Assembly (NCBI GenBank): GCA_937625935.1
Contig: OW569359.1
Span: 62,001-126,000 of the forward strand
Reading direction: 5' to 3'
Length of the DNA stretch: 64,000 nucleotides
Source: Tetramitus jugosus
Lineage: Eukaryota; Protista; Heterolobosea
Shown: positions 32,832 through 43,128 of the stretch, in pieces
Layout: each line of letters starts with the position of its first letter
Position numbering within the stretch: the stretch's first letter is position 1
The notes under the pieces: generated by a model
What the model saw: only the letters and a program-made list of their open reading frames with translations
Told to the model about the DNA's origin: nothing
Databases searched by the model: none
Position numbers and translations under genes: made by a program

Positions 32832-33857
32832 TTATTGACTCGTTTTACTCTTTGGAGAGCGAGATGAGCTTTGAGACTTTAGAAATGGTTTAGAGGACTG
32901 AGGTTCAACAAGGTTAGAAACATGTTCCACTGCAAGTCTATAGTTGACAAAGTGCCGATAGGGTGTAAACTTCTTTTGAACTCTCTCAGGTGTCATCTTG
33001 TCGTAATTGTTTCTCATTATATTTCGCTTCCTCCGCAAGTAATCAATAGTAGGGTGCATATCAACCGGAAAGTTGTCCGGGTTGAGCAAGTTTTCATAAA
33101 TTTGATGCTCATAGCCGTACATTTGAGTTCGATCAAACTCCTTAAGAGATTGAACCATCGTGTCATTGATTTGTTTTTGAGAAAGTGGTCTCATTGAATT
33201 TTTTAGTACTCTTCCCCCAGTTTTGGGTCGAGGCTGTTGCTCCTCATTCAGGGTTGGTAACATCTTTGGCTTACTCGGTTGACTTCGTTGGGATGTTACC
33301 TTCGTCAGTGAGAGTTCTTTGGCGTTGGAGAATTGGTTTCGGACAGAATACTTTTGGAGTTCCTTCTTTTTGGATAAGATGAAAGGATCTGTTGCAGACT
33401 CGTGCATGCTCGCATTAACCACATCTTTATCTATCAAGGATCTCGTTACATGTTGAAGCTCTCTTCGGTGGCTGTATGAAGTGTTCACACATCGTGGGCT
33501 GTTGTACCTCCCACCAACAAAGAAACCATACTTATCTGACACTGAGGCGAGTCGATTGGCCTTTTCCATCGATCTACCAAGATCGAGCACATGCACTCCA
33601 TTCGGCGTCCGATTCGGCAACCGTTCCCAAGTGTAATCCTTCTTTGAAAGATGTTTTGGTTTGTGTGATTTATGATTCTTAGTGTTCTGTTGCTGCTTTT
33701 GGTCGTTTTTGCGAGTCTTTGCATCCATGGTGTAGTTGTTAAATATTGGCAAGGAGGATGGGTGAGTGAAGTGCTCATTATCTCCCCGTGCCAAATCTAA
33801 GCTCAAGGTCAGCTTGTTGGGAGAGTGCAACAGAGGTTTCACAGCTGGAGAAGACAT
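32832..33857 (-). CDS. Hypothetical basic protein
   Basis: 341-aa ATG ORF divergent from the RB gene; no family recognised. Confidence 0.55.
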   Translation of the reverse strand: MSSPAVKPLLHSPNKLTLSLDLARGDNEHFTHPSSLPIFNNYTMDAKTRKNDQKQQQNTKNHKSHKPKHLSKKDYTWERLPNRTPNGVHVLDLGRSMEKANRLASVSDKYGFFVGGRYNSPRCVNTSYSHRRELQHVTRSLIDKDVVNASMHESATDPFILSKKKELQKYSVRNQFSNAKELSLTKVTSQRSQPSKPKMLPTLNEEQQPRPKTGGRVLKNSMRPLSQKQINDTMVQSLKEFDRTQMYGYEHQIYENLLNPDNFPVDMHPTIDYLRRKRNIMRNNYDKMTPERVQKKFTPYRHFVNYRLAVEHVSNLVEPQSSKPFLKSQSSSRSPKSKTSQ

Positions 33858-33940
33858 AGATTGTCGTATCTAATTGCTGAGACACAAAGAGCAATAATTC
33901 CGAAGGTGCGGAATTTTGTAATAATCTGCGGCTAAAAAAC

Positions 33941-33965
33941 ACGCGCCAAAATCTACGCGCCAAAA
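33941..33965. promoter_or_regulatory. Tandem E2F-like sites (ACGCGCCAAAA x2)
   Basis: Reverse complement TTTTGGCGCG matches the E2F consensus TTTSSCGC; 240 bp upstream of the RB ATG. Confidence 0.5.
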
Positions 33966-34204
33966 AAGTAAACCATCAACAAAAGAACAAGGCAACCACC
34001 AGAGCGTAACATAATCTTTGGTTCAACGTTTGTGTCTGCTAGCACGTCTCAACTCAGCACTGCTCTCTTTTTCTATTTGCTGATTGTAAGAAGACAACAG
34101 ATCAGCTGCTCTCCACCACCATATATCAAGTCCTAACCTTACGACTCACAACACCCACGAACAGTAATATATAAGCATAATTGCAACATCAAACCATTCA
34201 AACC

Positions 34205-37180
34205 ATGAATCCAGACTCAACCAAACCCACAACCTCCACTAGCACAAGTGATGCACTAGACAGAGCACATTACACCATCCGTGATAAAGAGATGGTGTCT
34301 GGCTATTGTCAGAAGCTTGATGTCTCACAGAACATTGAGAGATTAGCTCATTATCTGTTCGAAAAGGTCAAAACGAAAAATAATGTATGTGTGGCATCGT
34401 CCCTTCATTCATCCATATGGAAATATTGTTCATTACTCACAATCCTATTCACTTGTTTTTCTCCCGTTGTGTCGTTTGTTGATTTTGATAGAATGAGAGA
34501 GAAGCTCTGAGAGAAAATCAATACTATGCTCTGTGTTCCATATTTATCGCCAGTCGTATCAACTACAAGCCAAATGCACAAAAACAAGACGAATATACTG
34601 ACATTATGCACAATATTGAAAAATTTGACTTGAGTATCAATGGACTGTCAATTGATCAAATACGGAGGATTGACACCTCGTTAGAGTAAGTCTATATTTC
34701 TGGTTTTTTGATTAACATTTCACACTTGTTGTTGTGTTTGTTTTTTGTTGGAAGAGATGATTGAAATTGTTAATCGCTTTTTGTTGTGGTCAAACAGGTT
34801 GGTTGAATTTTTAGAGATGCTAAACTCCATGATTGCATTGTTCAAGTTGGAAGACTCTGAACTATTTACACAATTGAAGATTGTACAGAAAAAGCTGATT
34901 ATTTTGGATTGTGTCTACAAGGAGTTTAGTGACTACTTTAAAGACCATTATGTCACGGGAGACAACTATCCATTTCAGACTCTAAAATCATCTTGCTGGA
35001 TGTTATTCTTGCTGTTAGGATATGAACCTGAAGTTAAATCCACTGATTTTGAGTCCATGTATCAGTTGTTGCAAGCCCTATTGTTGTTTTTGTGGGAACA
35101 CGTGCCACAAAATTTGAAAATTGTATCTGCTGATTCCGGTATGTTATTCATGCTCTGTTTATCTCTTCGTTTTTCCCGTTGGCCATTTCTCACACTCTAA
35201 ATTGACCAACTATTAGCTTCAATATTTAAGCTGTTTGGTATCAAGTCCGAATCGGTCAATTCCTCGCTCATCGATGTTCCTAAAAGATTAGTAACACAGT
35301 TGATGGAGAGCGAAGCCTTATCTGGTGAAACAATCGGCGATAATTTCCTAAAGCTTCCAGAATTGGAAGAAACATTTGCAAGAAAATATTTAACACTTTC
35401 TAATCCAATTGACTTTGATGGCCGGTTGTTCGACACAATCAATTCAATCAACACTCCTATTGGATCATCTAAAATGTTATTATCTGCACCAGTGTACCAG
35501 CTCAATCCACAGAAGATTAGAGATTTCATTGAACAAAATCCTGAGCTACGGTCACCATTACGATCACCTCGATCGACTTTCTATCAACCAAAATCAGTTA
35601 TGCACGCTACTTTGCACTCTATTCAACTGCTTTCAGTGAAAGTGGGTGCACAAAATGACGGTCCAGATGCAGAGTTGCAGCACTTTTTTAAATCGTGTGA
35701 TACTGACCAAACCGAAGCGATCACAAACAGGCTACAAAAGTTGATTGATATTATAGCACCTGCTCTACAACTGAATGAAGAGAAACAAAACATAAGAGCA
35801 AGCATGATCAAAAAGATATATTATCAAGTGTTAAAAGATATGCTCATCGGGGAGCAAAATAGACTACAGAAGAGTAATTTTACTGCCCTACTCTCAAATG
35901 AGGATTTCCACAAGTCACACGTTGTCTGTTCTGTTGAAGCCGTACTGTTTGCATACAACATGAAGGACACACTGGAATTTGAAGATATTTTGCGACTTAT
36001 TCAATTGGAACCGTTTGGCTTATCGGTAGTGATAGAGAGCTTTGTCAATCATGCAAGTTGGCTCAATAGCACATTCAGACGCCATTTCCGCTCCATCGAA
36101 GAAAAGTTGTTGGACAGCTTGGTTTGGGCCAGTGACTCATTCTATGAGAAGATAAAACAACACACCGAGAAAGAAGAAGTCCCACTTCCACACCCAGGCA
36201 CAGTAACACCAATGGCCAAGAAGAAACAAAGAGTGTTTAATGTGTATGATCAAGCCAACCAGCAGGAACAAAATCAACAAAAGAACTCTATTGCCGTCCA
36301 GTTATTCTTTAGGAAGGTGTATCAACTAGTGTCGCAACGAATAACTGATCTATGCAAGGAATTTAACCAAAAGGGTGAGCCAGTTGATGTCATATCATCT
36401 GATATCATGAAACAAATTTGGCACATTGTGTGGTACGTTTTGAACTCTCGTCACTCACTGATGCGCAACAGACACATAGATCATATGATCATGTGTGCAA
36501 TGTATGCTGTGTGCAACAAAGTGAACAAGATGAACTGGATATCATTCAAGGACACGATTCAAAACTATAGAACGATATGCGAAACCAATAGAAATATATC
36601 CCCTGTGGAAGCTGGGAAAATATTTGGACAAGTGCTACTCGATGGAACCAGGACAGGCGATATCGTTAAGTTTTATAACAACATCTTCATCCCTGAAGTG
36701 AAAGATTTCATTTTACAGTCATCGCCAAAGGCTGGAACCAATATTTACCTTCCTGATATGCCACAAGCAACTTCAGCCCTTCAATCTCCACAGCGTCAGC
36801 GAGTCTCCAAGTCTGCCAATGTATTTATATCACCCATGAGATCTCCAAGCAGCAAGCACAACCCTCTGCGATCACCTATGGCTCATTCGAATGCAAATGT
36901 TCTGAGCCTAACACCAAGAACCAAAGCTCTTTACTCGTTTAGGGAAGCTTGCACTGAGAAGTTGATTGGTCTTGATTCTGTCGATCGTTCTGTCAAGCGT
37001 GCTTTATCATTCACCGATCCTGAGAGTGAGAGTAGTTTGGAACCATCTAGCAAGTTCAGAAAACTGCGAGGACCGAGAAGGCAAATTGATTTTGGGCCAA
37101 TGAGCACAGATGAAGCAGATACAGCACCAGAGTCAACGACGACTCAATCCGATGATGAAACAAATGCTCAATCTGAATAG
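34205..37180 (+). CDS. RBR: Retinoblastoma-related pocket protein (multi-exon 5' part)
   Basis: RB_A: YYQVL..E..RL..LL..EDFHKS..CSVE, VIESFV, RHFRSIEEKLLDSLVW; RB_B: FFRKVY, LMRNRHIDHMIMCAMYAVC, GDIVKFYNNIF; many S/T-P CDK sites. Confidence 0.92.
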
Positions 37181-37246
37181 ATATTGAAGTATTTATTTCC
37201 ATATTCGAACCGTCATTGAATTGTCATTAAGGTGGCGGTCTACCAA

Positions 37247-37277
37247 CTCCTCGTATAAATAGGGCTCCTCGTATAAA
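37247..37277 (+). repeat. Subterminal 13-bp direct repeat CTCCTCGTATAAA x2
   Basis: Copies at 37247-37259 and 37265-37277, immediately inside the left TIR. Confidence 0.85.
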
Positions 37278-37887
37278 ATGATTTTTGTTTGAGAAAAAAG
37301 AAGCAAGATGTGGGTCGATCAAAAAACATCAGAATCCATACACAAGTGTTGATCATCCACAATACTGTGAATTCTCGGTTACAAGCAACACTTTCGTGCT
37401 TTGTGATTTCTCTGCGGCGGAGGTTCGGGCTTCTTTATTTGGGCTAGTTGACAGGAACATTGAATCTCTCTGGAGAATACAAAAACACACTTGGATGATG
37501 AGTCATCCACACGTTGTCATTAAACAAGTTCTGAGTCAAAGATGCAATACTTGGTAGAGTTTCATATTGGAGTCTCCTCCAGTAGATGATTTCGGTTGTT
37601 GTGTGTATTGGTTCAGAGGATGGACGATGGACGTTTTCTTTCAAGACGCGAGATTGAACCACCACCCAAGAAGAAATAAAGCATTTGCCAAACGAGTAAC
37701 GTCATCTTTCTGTTGTCTAAATCTCAGTTTCCTCTAAGCTGCGGAATTGGTGCAGTTGTAAAAATTTCCGTTGAGACTGTCTTTACAACGGCAACGGCCA
37801 TCTACCTCGGTTTAAAAAGCGCTGTCTTTTTCGCTGTTTGATTCAACCCACACAACAAATACACCACACAACAAATACAATAACATT

Positions 37888-39816
37888 ATGCCACGAGGCG
37901 TACCTAAGGACGGCAAGAGAAAGAGAAAGAGAGAGACTGTCAAAAAGGATGAATACTCATCACATTACGTGGTCAAGGTCGGTCTGAAGTCTCTATTGTT
38001 GCATCATCCAACTCTGTTACCAATCATACAAACTCAAGCTCTGGAGATTACAAGGATTGCTCTTCGACTCACAAGATTTATAAACATATTTGTTTTGAGG
38101 CACTTGGAGAACAATTGTGATATCCCTCTCTTGAATCAAGGATTTATTCAACGAATCGGTTCAGTGTTGTTTGGACGCAAGTCGAAGACAAGAGACGATA
38201 ATGTCAACCTCATCAACGGGTCTGTCAACATGGATGACGTAATAATCAAGCTAAGGAAGATTTGTGAGAAGTTATCCAAATCCATCAATTACGTTGCAAA
38301 GTCTCTCAATGTCAATATTTCTAACATGCTCAAGTTCACATTGGAACAAAGACTGAGAAAGTATTTGAGAGTGAGGATGAATCAATTGCACAATGGTCAA
38401 TCAATACCAAGGTCTGAATACAGAAGAGTCGTAGAATACATCATCAGAAAGTTGACATTTGTCACTCCAGTTTATGATTTTGTCAAACTGCCTCCAAAGG
38501 AGTTGATAGAGACTATTCCTGTGTTGATCCAAGAGGTTCGAACACTTGTTGGTGCTGAAACCGATGAAGTGATTGATGAATCGTTTGTGAACAACAACAC
38601 CAATAACATGCTGAAGTTTTACTGGCATGCTCAACAGTTTCTGATTGGCAATGATACGAAATCATTTGCATTGTTGCCCTTGTCCCACTTTAAATGTAGA
38701 TGCATGGAGATAGGTACAACGGACCTGATAGACATGCTCCAACAGAAGAAGAAACCAGGAGTACAAAAGAAGGGTAATGTACAAGTTATTGAACCCATTG
38801 AATTGAAATACAATCTCAAGTGTTTGAATATCGGAACAAAGAAGATTCAAATCGACTCTATCAGAACTGACGGTATTCAGGCCTCTGTTGTTCTCAGACA
38901 TCAACTCGTTGGCAATCACAAGAACAATAAGGCAAGGGAATCCAAGGGCCAGAAAGAAGCAAAGAAGAGAAAGAAAGAAACAAGTATGAACGAAGGTGCT
39001 GAATATTTGGTTGGAATTGACCCGGGTATTGTTACGTTGGTGAGTTGTGCAGATTCAGATGGCAAGAAGTGGGAGTTTTCTAACAAACAATATAGACATC
39101 TGTCCCACCATTCAAAAAACTCCAAGCGATTGTTGAAATACAAAGCAGAATGGAACGAAATGAATGAGAAGAACTTGGATGAACTCCATAACTCAATCAA
39201 ACAGGCCGGTGTACCAACAAGTGGTCTGTTCCTTGAACACATCAATTCTGTAATGAAAGTCGAGGATGATTTGTTGAATTTTTATTGCACCCCAAAGGTG
39301 AAGAGACTGAATTGGGATAGCTATATAATGAGAGATAAGACGATTGCCAATGTTATGAATGACTTTCGAAAGAGAGCAAATGGAAGAACCATGTTAATTG
39401 GGATGGACAATGCTGGTTTTGGTCATTGTTACAAAGGACATGCTCCAACACCAAAAGGAAAGCTATTGAAAAAGTTGAATGAGAACTTCAAAGTGAAAAT
39501 GATCGACGAGTTCATGACAAGTCAGAAATGTCATCATTGCCATTCTCACATGAAGTCAGTCAAGCATAAGAGAATAGACAAGAATGGAACGTTGAATGTC
39601 TCTGTCGTCCGAGGAGTTAAACAGTGTGCAACCACTAAATGTTTAGTGACTCACAACAGAGACATCAATGCGGCCAAGAACATGCTCCATCTACTGAGAA
39701 CAGAAATGGATGGACAGTCACGTCCCGATGCCTTCAAGAGGAAGAAAAAGGTCGCAAAAGAATTAATCAAAATGGTGGAACACCTCCAAGGCTCACTCCA
39801 TCAAGCTGCTATGTAA
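37888..39816 (+). CDS. Fanzor1 (eukaryotic TnpB-family) RNA-guided DNA endonuclease
   Basis: RuvC-I VGIDPG (D378), RuvC-II IDEFMTSQKC (E541), CHHC..CATTKC Zn ribbon, RuvC-III HNRDINAAKN (D592); Fanzor1-type SFALLP, SIRTDG.QASV, FY.....KR..W, GQSRPDAF; N-terminal NLS KRKRKR. Confidence 0.92.
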   Translation: MPRGVPKDGKRKRKRETVKKDEYSSHYVVKVGLKSLLLHHPTLLPIIQTQALEITRIALRLTRFINIFVLRHLENNCDIPLLNQGFIQRIGSVLFGRKSKTRDDNVNLINGSVNMDDVIIKLRKICEKLSKSINYVAKSLNVNISNMLKFTLEQRLRKYLRVRMNQLHNGQSIPRSEYRRVVEYIIRKLTFVTPVYDFVKLPPKELIETIPVLIQEVRTLVGAETDEVIDESFVNNNTNNMLKFYWHAQQFLIGNDTKSFALLPLSHFKCRCMEIGTTDLIDMLQQKKKPGVQKKGNVQVIEPIELKYNLKCLNIGTKKIQIDSIRTDGIQASVVLRHQLVGNHKNNKARESKGQKEAKKRKKETSMNEGAEYLVGIDPGIVTLVSCADSDGKKWEFSNKQYRHLSHHSKNSKRLLKYKAEWNEMNEKNLDELHNSIKQAGVPTSGLFLEHINSVMKVEDDLLNFYCTPKVKRLNWDSYIMRDKTIANVMNDFRKRANGRTMLIGMDNAGFGHCYKGHAPTPKGKLLKKLNENFKVKMIDEFMTSQKCHHCHSHMKSVKHKRIDKNGTLNVSVVRGVKQCATTKCLVTHNRDINAAKNMLHLLRTEMDGQSRPDAFKRKKKVAKELIKMVEHLQGSLHQAAM

Positions 39817-39920
39817 ATCCCGATTATGTAGGAGCGTTAAGGTGTCTTATCGGGAAACCATAATTTTTTTATTATGGCTTGATCGACAGTAGACCGCCAC
39901 CTTAAACCATGGTTCCAGAA
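39817..39920 (+). ncRNA. Predicted Fanzor omega-RNA (scaffold to about 39905, plus flank-derived guide)
   Basis: Lies between the stop codon and the right end; stems TCCCGAT/ATCGGGA and CCATAAT/ATTATGG; loop TTAAGGTG complementary to terminal CACCTTAA; boundaries inferred. Confidence 0.65.
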
Positions 39921-40129
39921 AAGTCAACACAGCTGACGCACAGTGCCAAAAAAACACATGGAGGAACCTGTCAAGCAATGTGAAAGTTGTTGTCCAACAT
40001 TTCAGCATTGTCAGATCATCTCTCACCTCGGTCAGGTCTATGATTTTCATACGACAGAGGACATATTTCTGCTCGGAACAACCAAGAATGGATAAAGTGC
40101 ACTTTTTATTCGATAGTGTGTGGCTACAA

Positions 40130-40768
40130 TTACAACATAACTCTCTTTTGTTCAGATTGACTAGTGTGATCCTCAATGTCCGTCGAATCCCATGGATACA
40201 CGATCCATCTGTCCGATAGGTCCTCACCGCTTCTATAGTAGTCAATCTCATCATCAGAGTTATTGTTGGTGCCATGTGCAGCTACATCGTGTTGGAAGCC
40301 AATGGATTTCCAGTGACCATTGCATCTCTTACTCTTTTGCTTGTTGTGCACGACAAAGATACCGACCTTGCTTGGGTTCATCTTTCTGACTTGACTGACA
40401 CAGAATGCCAGTGTGGTTCGTGTATCGTCCACCTCATCCACAATCAGAACCGTTTTACCAGTAATGTCACCAGAGTCAATCCATTGAGTCATTTTCACGA
40501 CGTCTCCTGCCTGCTTTGTCTGATCATTGTATAACTCCAATGATACAGTCTTGATAGGCACTCCTAGATGTGTGCGCAACATTCGAGCGGGGATAAAGCC
40601 TCCGCCACCTATAGCCAGAATCAAATCTGGTTGAAATCCGTCTTGCTTGATCAGAGTGGCTGCGTTCTGGCATAGAACGTGAACCTGATTGTAGGAGCAG
40701 TGATATTTACCGCTGCTTTGCCCAGTAGGCGTAGTGGTGGTATTTGTTTCGACGTTGCAGGAGGACAT
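40130..40768 (-). CDS. Xanthine/hypoxanthine-guanine phosphoribosyltransferase (Hpt1/Xpt1-like)
   Basis: PDLILAIGGGGFIPARMLRT; PRPP motif VLIVDEVDDTRTTL; VVHNKQK; WIVYPWD. Confidence 0.88.
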   Translation of the reverse strand: MSSCNVETNTTTTPTGQSSGKYHCSYNQVHVLCQNAATLIKQDGFQPDLILAIGGGGFIPARMLRTHLGVPIKTVSLELYNDQTKQAGDVVKMTQWIDSGDITGKTVLIVDEVDDTRTTLAFCVSQVRKMNPSKVGIFVVHNKQKSKRCNGHWKSIGFQHDVAAHGTNNNSDDEIDYYRSGEDLSDRWIVYPWDSTDIEDHTSQSEQKRVML

Positions 40769-41217
40769 GAGAAGGAGCGGGAGACCTGGAAGTGGCTTGT
40801 TTGACAAAATGGCTCTCTTATTATTAAGAAAGGGGTGTAGGTTGTGTTTTGGTTTTCTTGCCCATCCCCTCTAACCGAGAGTAAAATGCAAGCGCGCACA
40901 AAGAGTTAAATAGCTCTGAACCTGGCCAGGTTGACCGAGTTAAATTCCTCGGATTAATATGAGGTCCCCATTCAAGATTCACCGCCCTGGGTTCTTTCCA
41001 ATTTGTGAAATTTGAGCCAATCAAAATTGATCCGAGTCAACCACGCGAAATTGAAGGCAACTCTGTTTGAGTTTGAACTCACAGTATAAAAGGAATTGGA
41101 CTGCAAATTATGAGAAACGCTTGGGAGAGGTGGTGGAAAACAAAACAACTCCCACCCCACACATTAATACAATAACAATCAAGTCTGTTCAGACCCACGG
41201 AAAAATATCTACCAATA

Positions 41218-42831
41218 ATGGAATTCAAAATTGCCCACGAAAAAATTGTAATCATCGACTTTGGTTCACAATACACGCAACTCATTGCGCGAAGAGTCAG
41301 AGAACTCAATGTCTACTGTGAAATTTTCCCCTACGACAGCCTGCCAGAAGATTTCTATGAGCGCGAGCTATCCAAAGCTCACGGTGTGATTCTATCAGGT
41401 TCCCACGCCAGTGTACACGAGAGTAATGCTCCAAGGTTTGCTCATCTACAGAGACTGAGGCGCGAAAAGAAACCTCTGCTAGGAATTTGCTATGGTGCTC
41501 AACTGATTGCTTTCGAGAGTGGTCAAGCTGCTGTCGTTGCCACAGAGCACAGAGAATACGGTAGAGCTCATTTGCGTCTCTGTCCTGAAGCTCTCAACGA
41601 TCAAGAACCATTTGGTCAACTCCTGTTTGACTCCAGTCTCGATGATAGTGTCGTATGGATGAGTCATGGTGACTCCATTCTTCTCAATGAACCCTCCAAG
41701 ATTGAACAACAAAAAGAAGAAGGATCGATCGAAGTCATTGGCAAGACGGATTCGATTCCAGTGGCTGCATTCCACATTCGTGGTGAGCCAACATATGCTC
41801 TTCAATTCCATTGTGAAGTGACCCATACAGCATCAGGCATGCACATTCTATTCAACTTTTTGACAAAGGTTGCCAAGTGTTCTCAATCATGGACACCATC
41901 TCATTTCATTCAAGAGACTGTGGACAGATTGAGGAAGGAGATTGGTTCAGAAGATAGAGTTGTTCTTGCACTTTCAGGAGGTGTTGACTCCTCTGTCACA
42001 GCCATGATACTGAAGAAGGCAATCGGTGATAATTTGCACTGCATTTTCGTCAATAATGGTTTACTGAGATTGAATGAATTTGAACAAGTGTTGGAAGGTT
42101 ACAAGGAGATGGGACTCAATATCACTGGAGTCGATGCTACAGAACACTTTTATAGTGCTCTTGCTGGTGTATCTGATCCAGAATTGAAGAGAAAGGCAAT
42201 TGGACGCACGTTTATCGAGGTATTCGACAGAGAGGCCAACAGAATTCAAAATGTGAGCTATTTGGCACAAGGAACCATTTATCCTGATGTCGTAGAGTCT
42301 GTGGGAGGTGCTACCATCAAGTCACACCACAATGTTGGTGGTCTACCCGACACCGTGAAACTAAAGATTGTTGAGCCATTGAGACTGCTATTCAAGGACG
42401 AAGTGAGAAGAGTCGGTGCTCAGCTAGATATTCCTCAAGTCATCTTGAACAGACATCCGTTCCCTGGTCCTGGGCTCGCTATTCGTATCCTGTCTGATGT
42501 CACTGAACAAAAGGTGAGGACATTGCAACAAGTGGACGACATTTTCATTAACGGATTGAGAGAAGCAGGTCTATATGACCAAGTGTGGCAAGCTGGAGCA
42601 ATGTTGTTGCCTGTGAGCTCAGTTGGTGTTATGGGTGATGGTCGAACATATGAGAATGTGGTTGCCCTTCGAGCTGTCACTTCCATCGATGGAATGACTG
42701 CTGACTTTTCTCATTTGCCATTCGAGTTCTTGGGAAAGATCTCCAACGAAATCATAAATCAAGTCAGAGGAGTCAACAGAGTTGTCTATGACATTAGCTC
42801 TAAGCCTCCAGCAACTATTGAATGGGAGTAG
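41218..42831 (+). CDS. guaA: GMP synthase (glutamine-hydrolysing), bacterial type, intronless
   Basis: [69 protein letters not shown]. Confidence 0.97.
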   Translation: MEFKIAHEKIVIIDFGSQYTQLIARRVRELNVYCEIFPYDSLPEDFYERELSKAHGVILSGSHASVHESNAPRFAHLQRLRREKKPLLGICYGAQLIAFESGQAAVVATEHREYGRAHLRLCPEALNDQEPFGQLLFDSSLDDSVVWMSHGDSILLNEPSKIEQQKEEGSIEVIGKTDSIPVAAFHIRGEPTYALQFHCEVTHTASGMHILFNFLTKVAKCSQSWTPSHFIQETVDRLRKEIGSEDRVVLALSGGVDSSVTAMILKKAIGDNLHCIFVNNGLLRLNEFEQVLEGYKEMGLNITGVDATEHFYSALAGVSDPELKRKAIGRTFIEVFDREANRIQNVSYLAQGTIYPDVVESVGGATIKSHHNVGGLPDTVKLKIVEPLRLLFKDEVRRVGAQLDIPQVILNRHPFPGPGLAIRILSDVTEQKVRTLQQVDDIFINGLREAGLYDQVWQAGAMLLPVSSVGVMGDGRTYENVVALRAVTSIDGMTADFSHLPFEFLGKISNEIINQVRGVNRVVYDISSKPPATIEWE

Positions 42832-43128
42832 TGGATCTCTTCAGAAAGGAAAACAACATGGATGGTAAGGAAGGGTAGTTTGAGCTTAATTTTTCACAGG
42901 TGTGTACCCTGTAGAGAGGGAATTTGAATGGTGTGGAGAGGTCTAGGAAAGGTCTAATGTCTCTCATCAACATGCAATCAGATTTCTCCCAATAAGCGCA
43001 AATGGAATCATAACATAAAACTCTTGACTACATACAACCAGAGTTCACTCTGATATTTGTTCCGTATTTACAAGTATGTTCTTGACAAACAGGTAGTATC
43101 ATCTGCCTCTATCGATCTTCATCATCGT

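Larger units (their letters stand above)
37231..39901 (+). mobile_element. Fanzor-carrying TIR DNA transposon (non-autonomous), TTAA-flanked
   Basis: TTAA|GGTGGCGGTCTAC (37227-37243) ... GTAGACCGCCACC|TTAA (39889-39905) form a perfect inverted repeat; the single large ORF is Fanzor. Confidence 0.92.

Noticed and set aside
37514-37525. TTGTCATTAAAC inside the Fanzor element matches the reconstructed empty site over 12 bp
   Set aside because: Short AT-rich match, plausibly chance; only 2 nt extend into the guide region
37285-37665. Short ORFs in the Fanzor left region as a possible transposase remnant
   Set aside because: No DDE, HUH, serine-recombinase or THAP motif recognised; non-ATG starts
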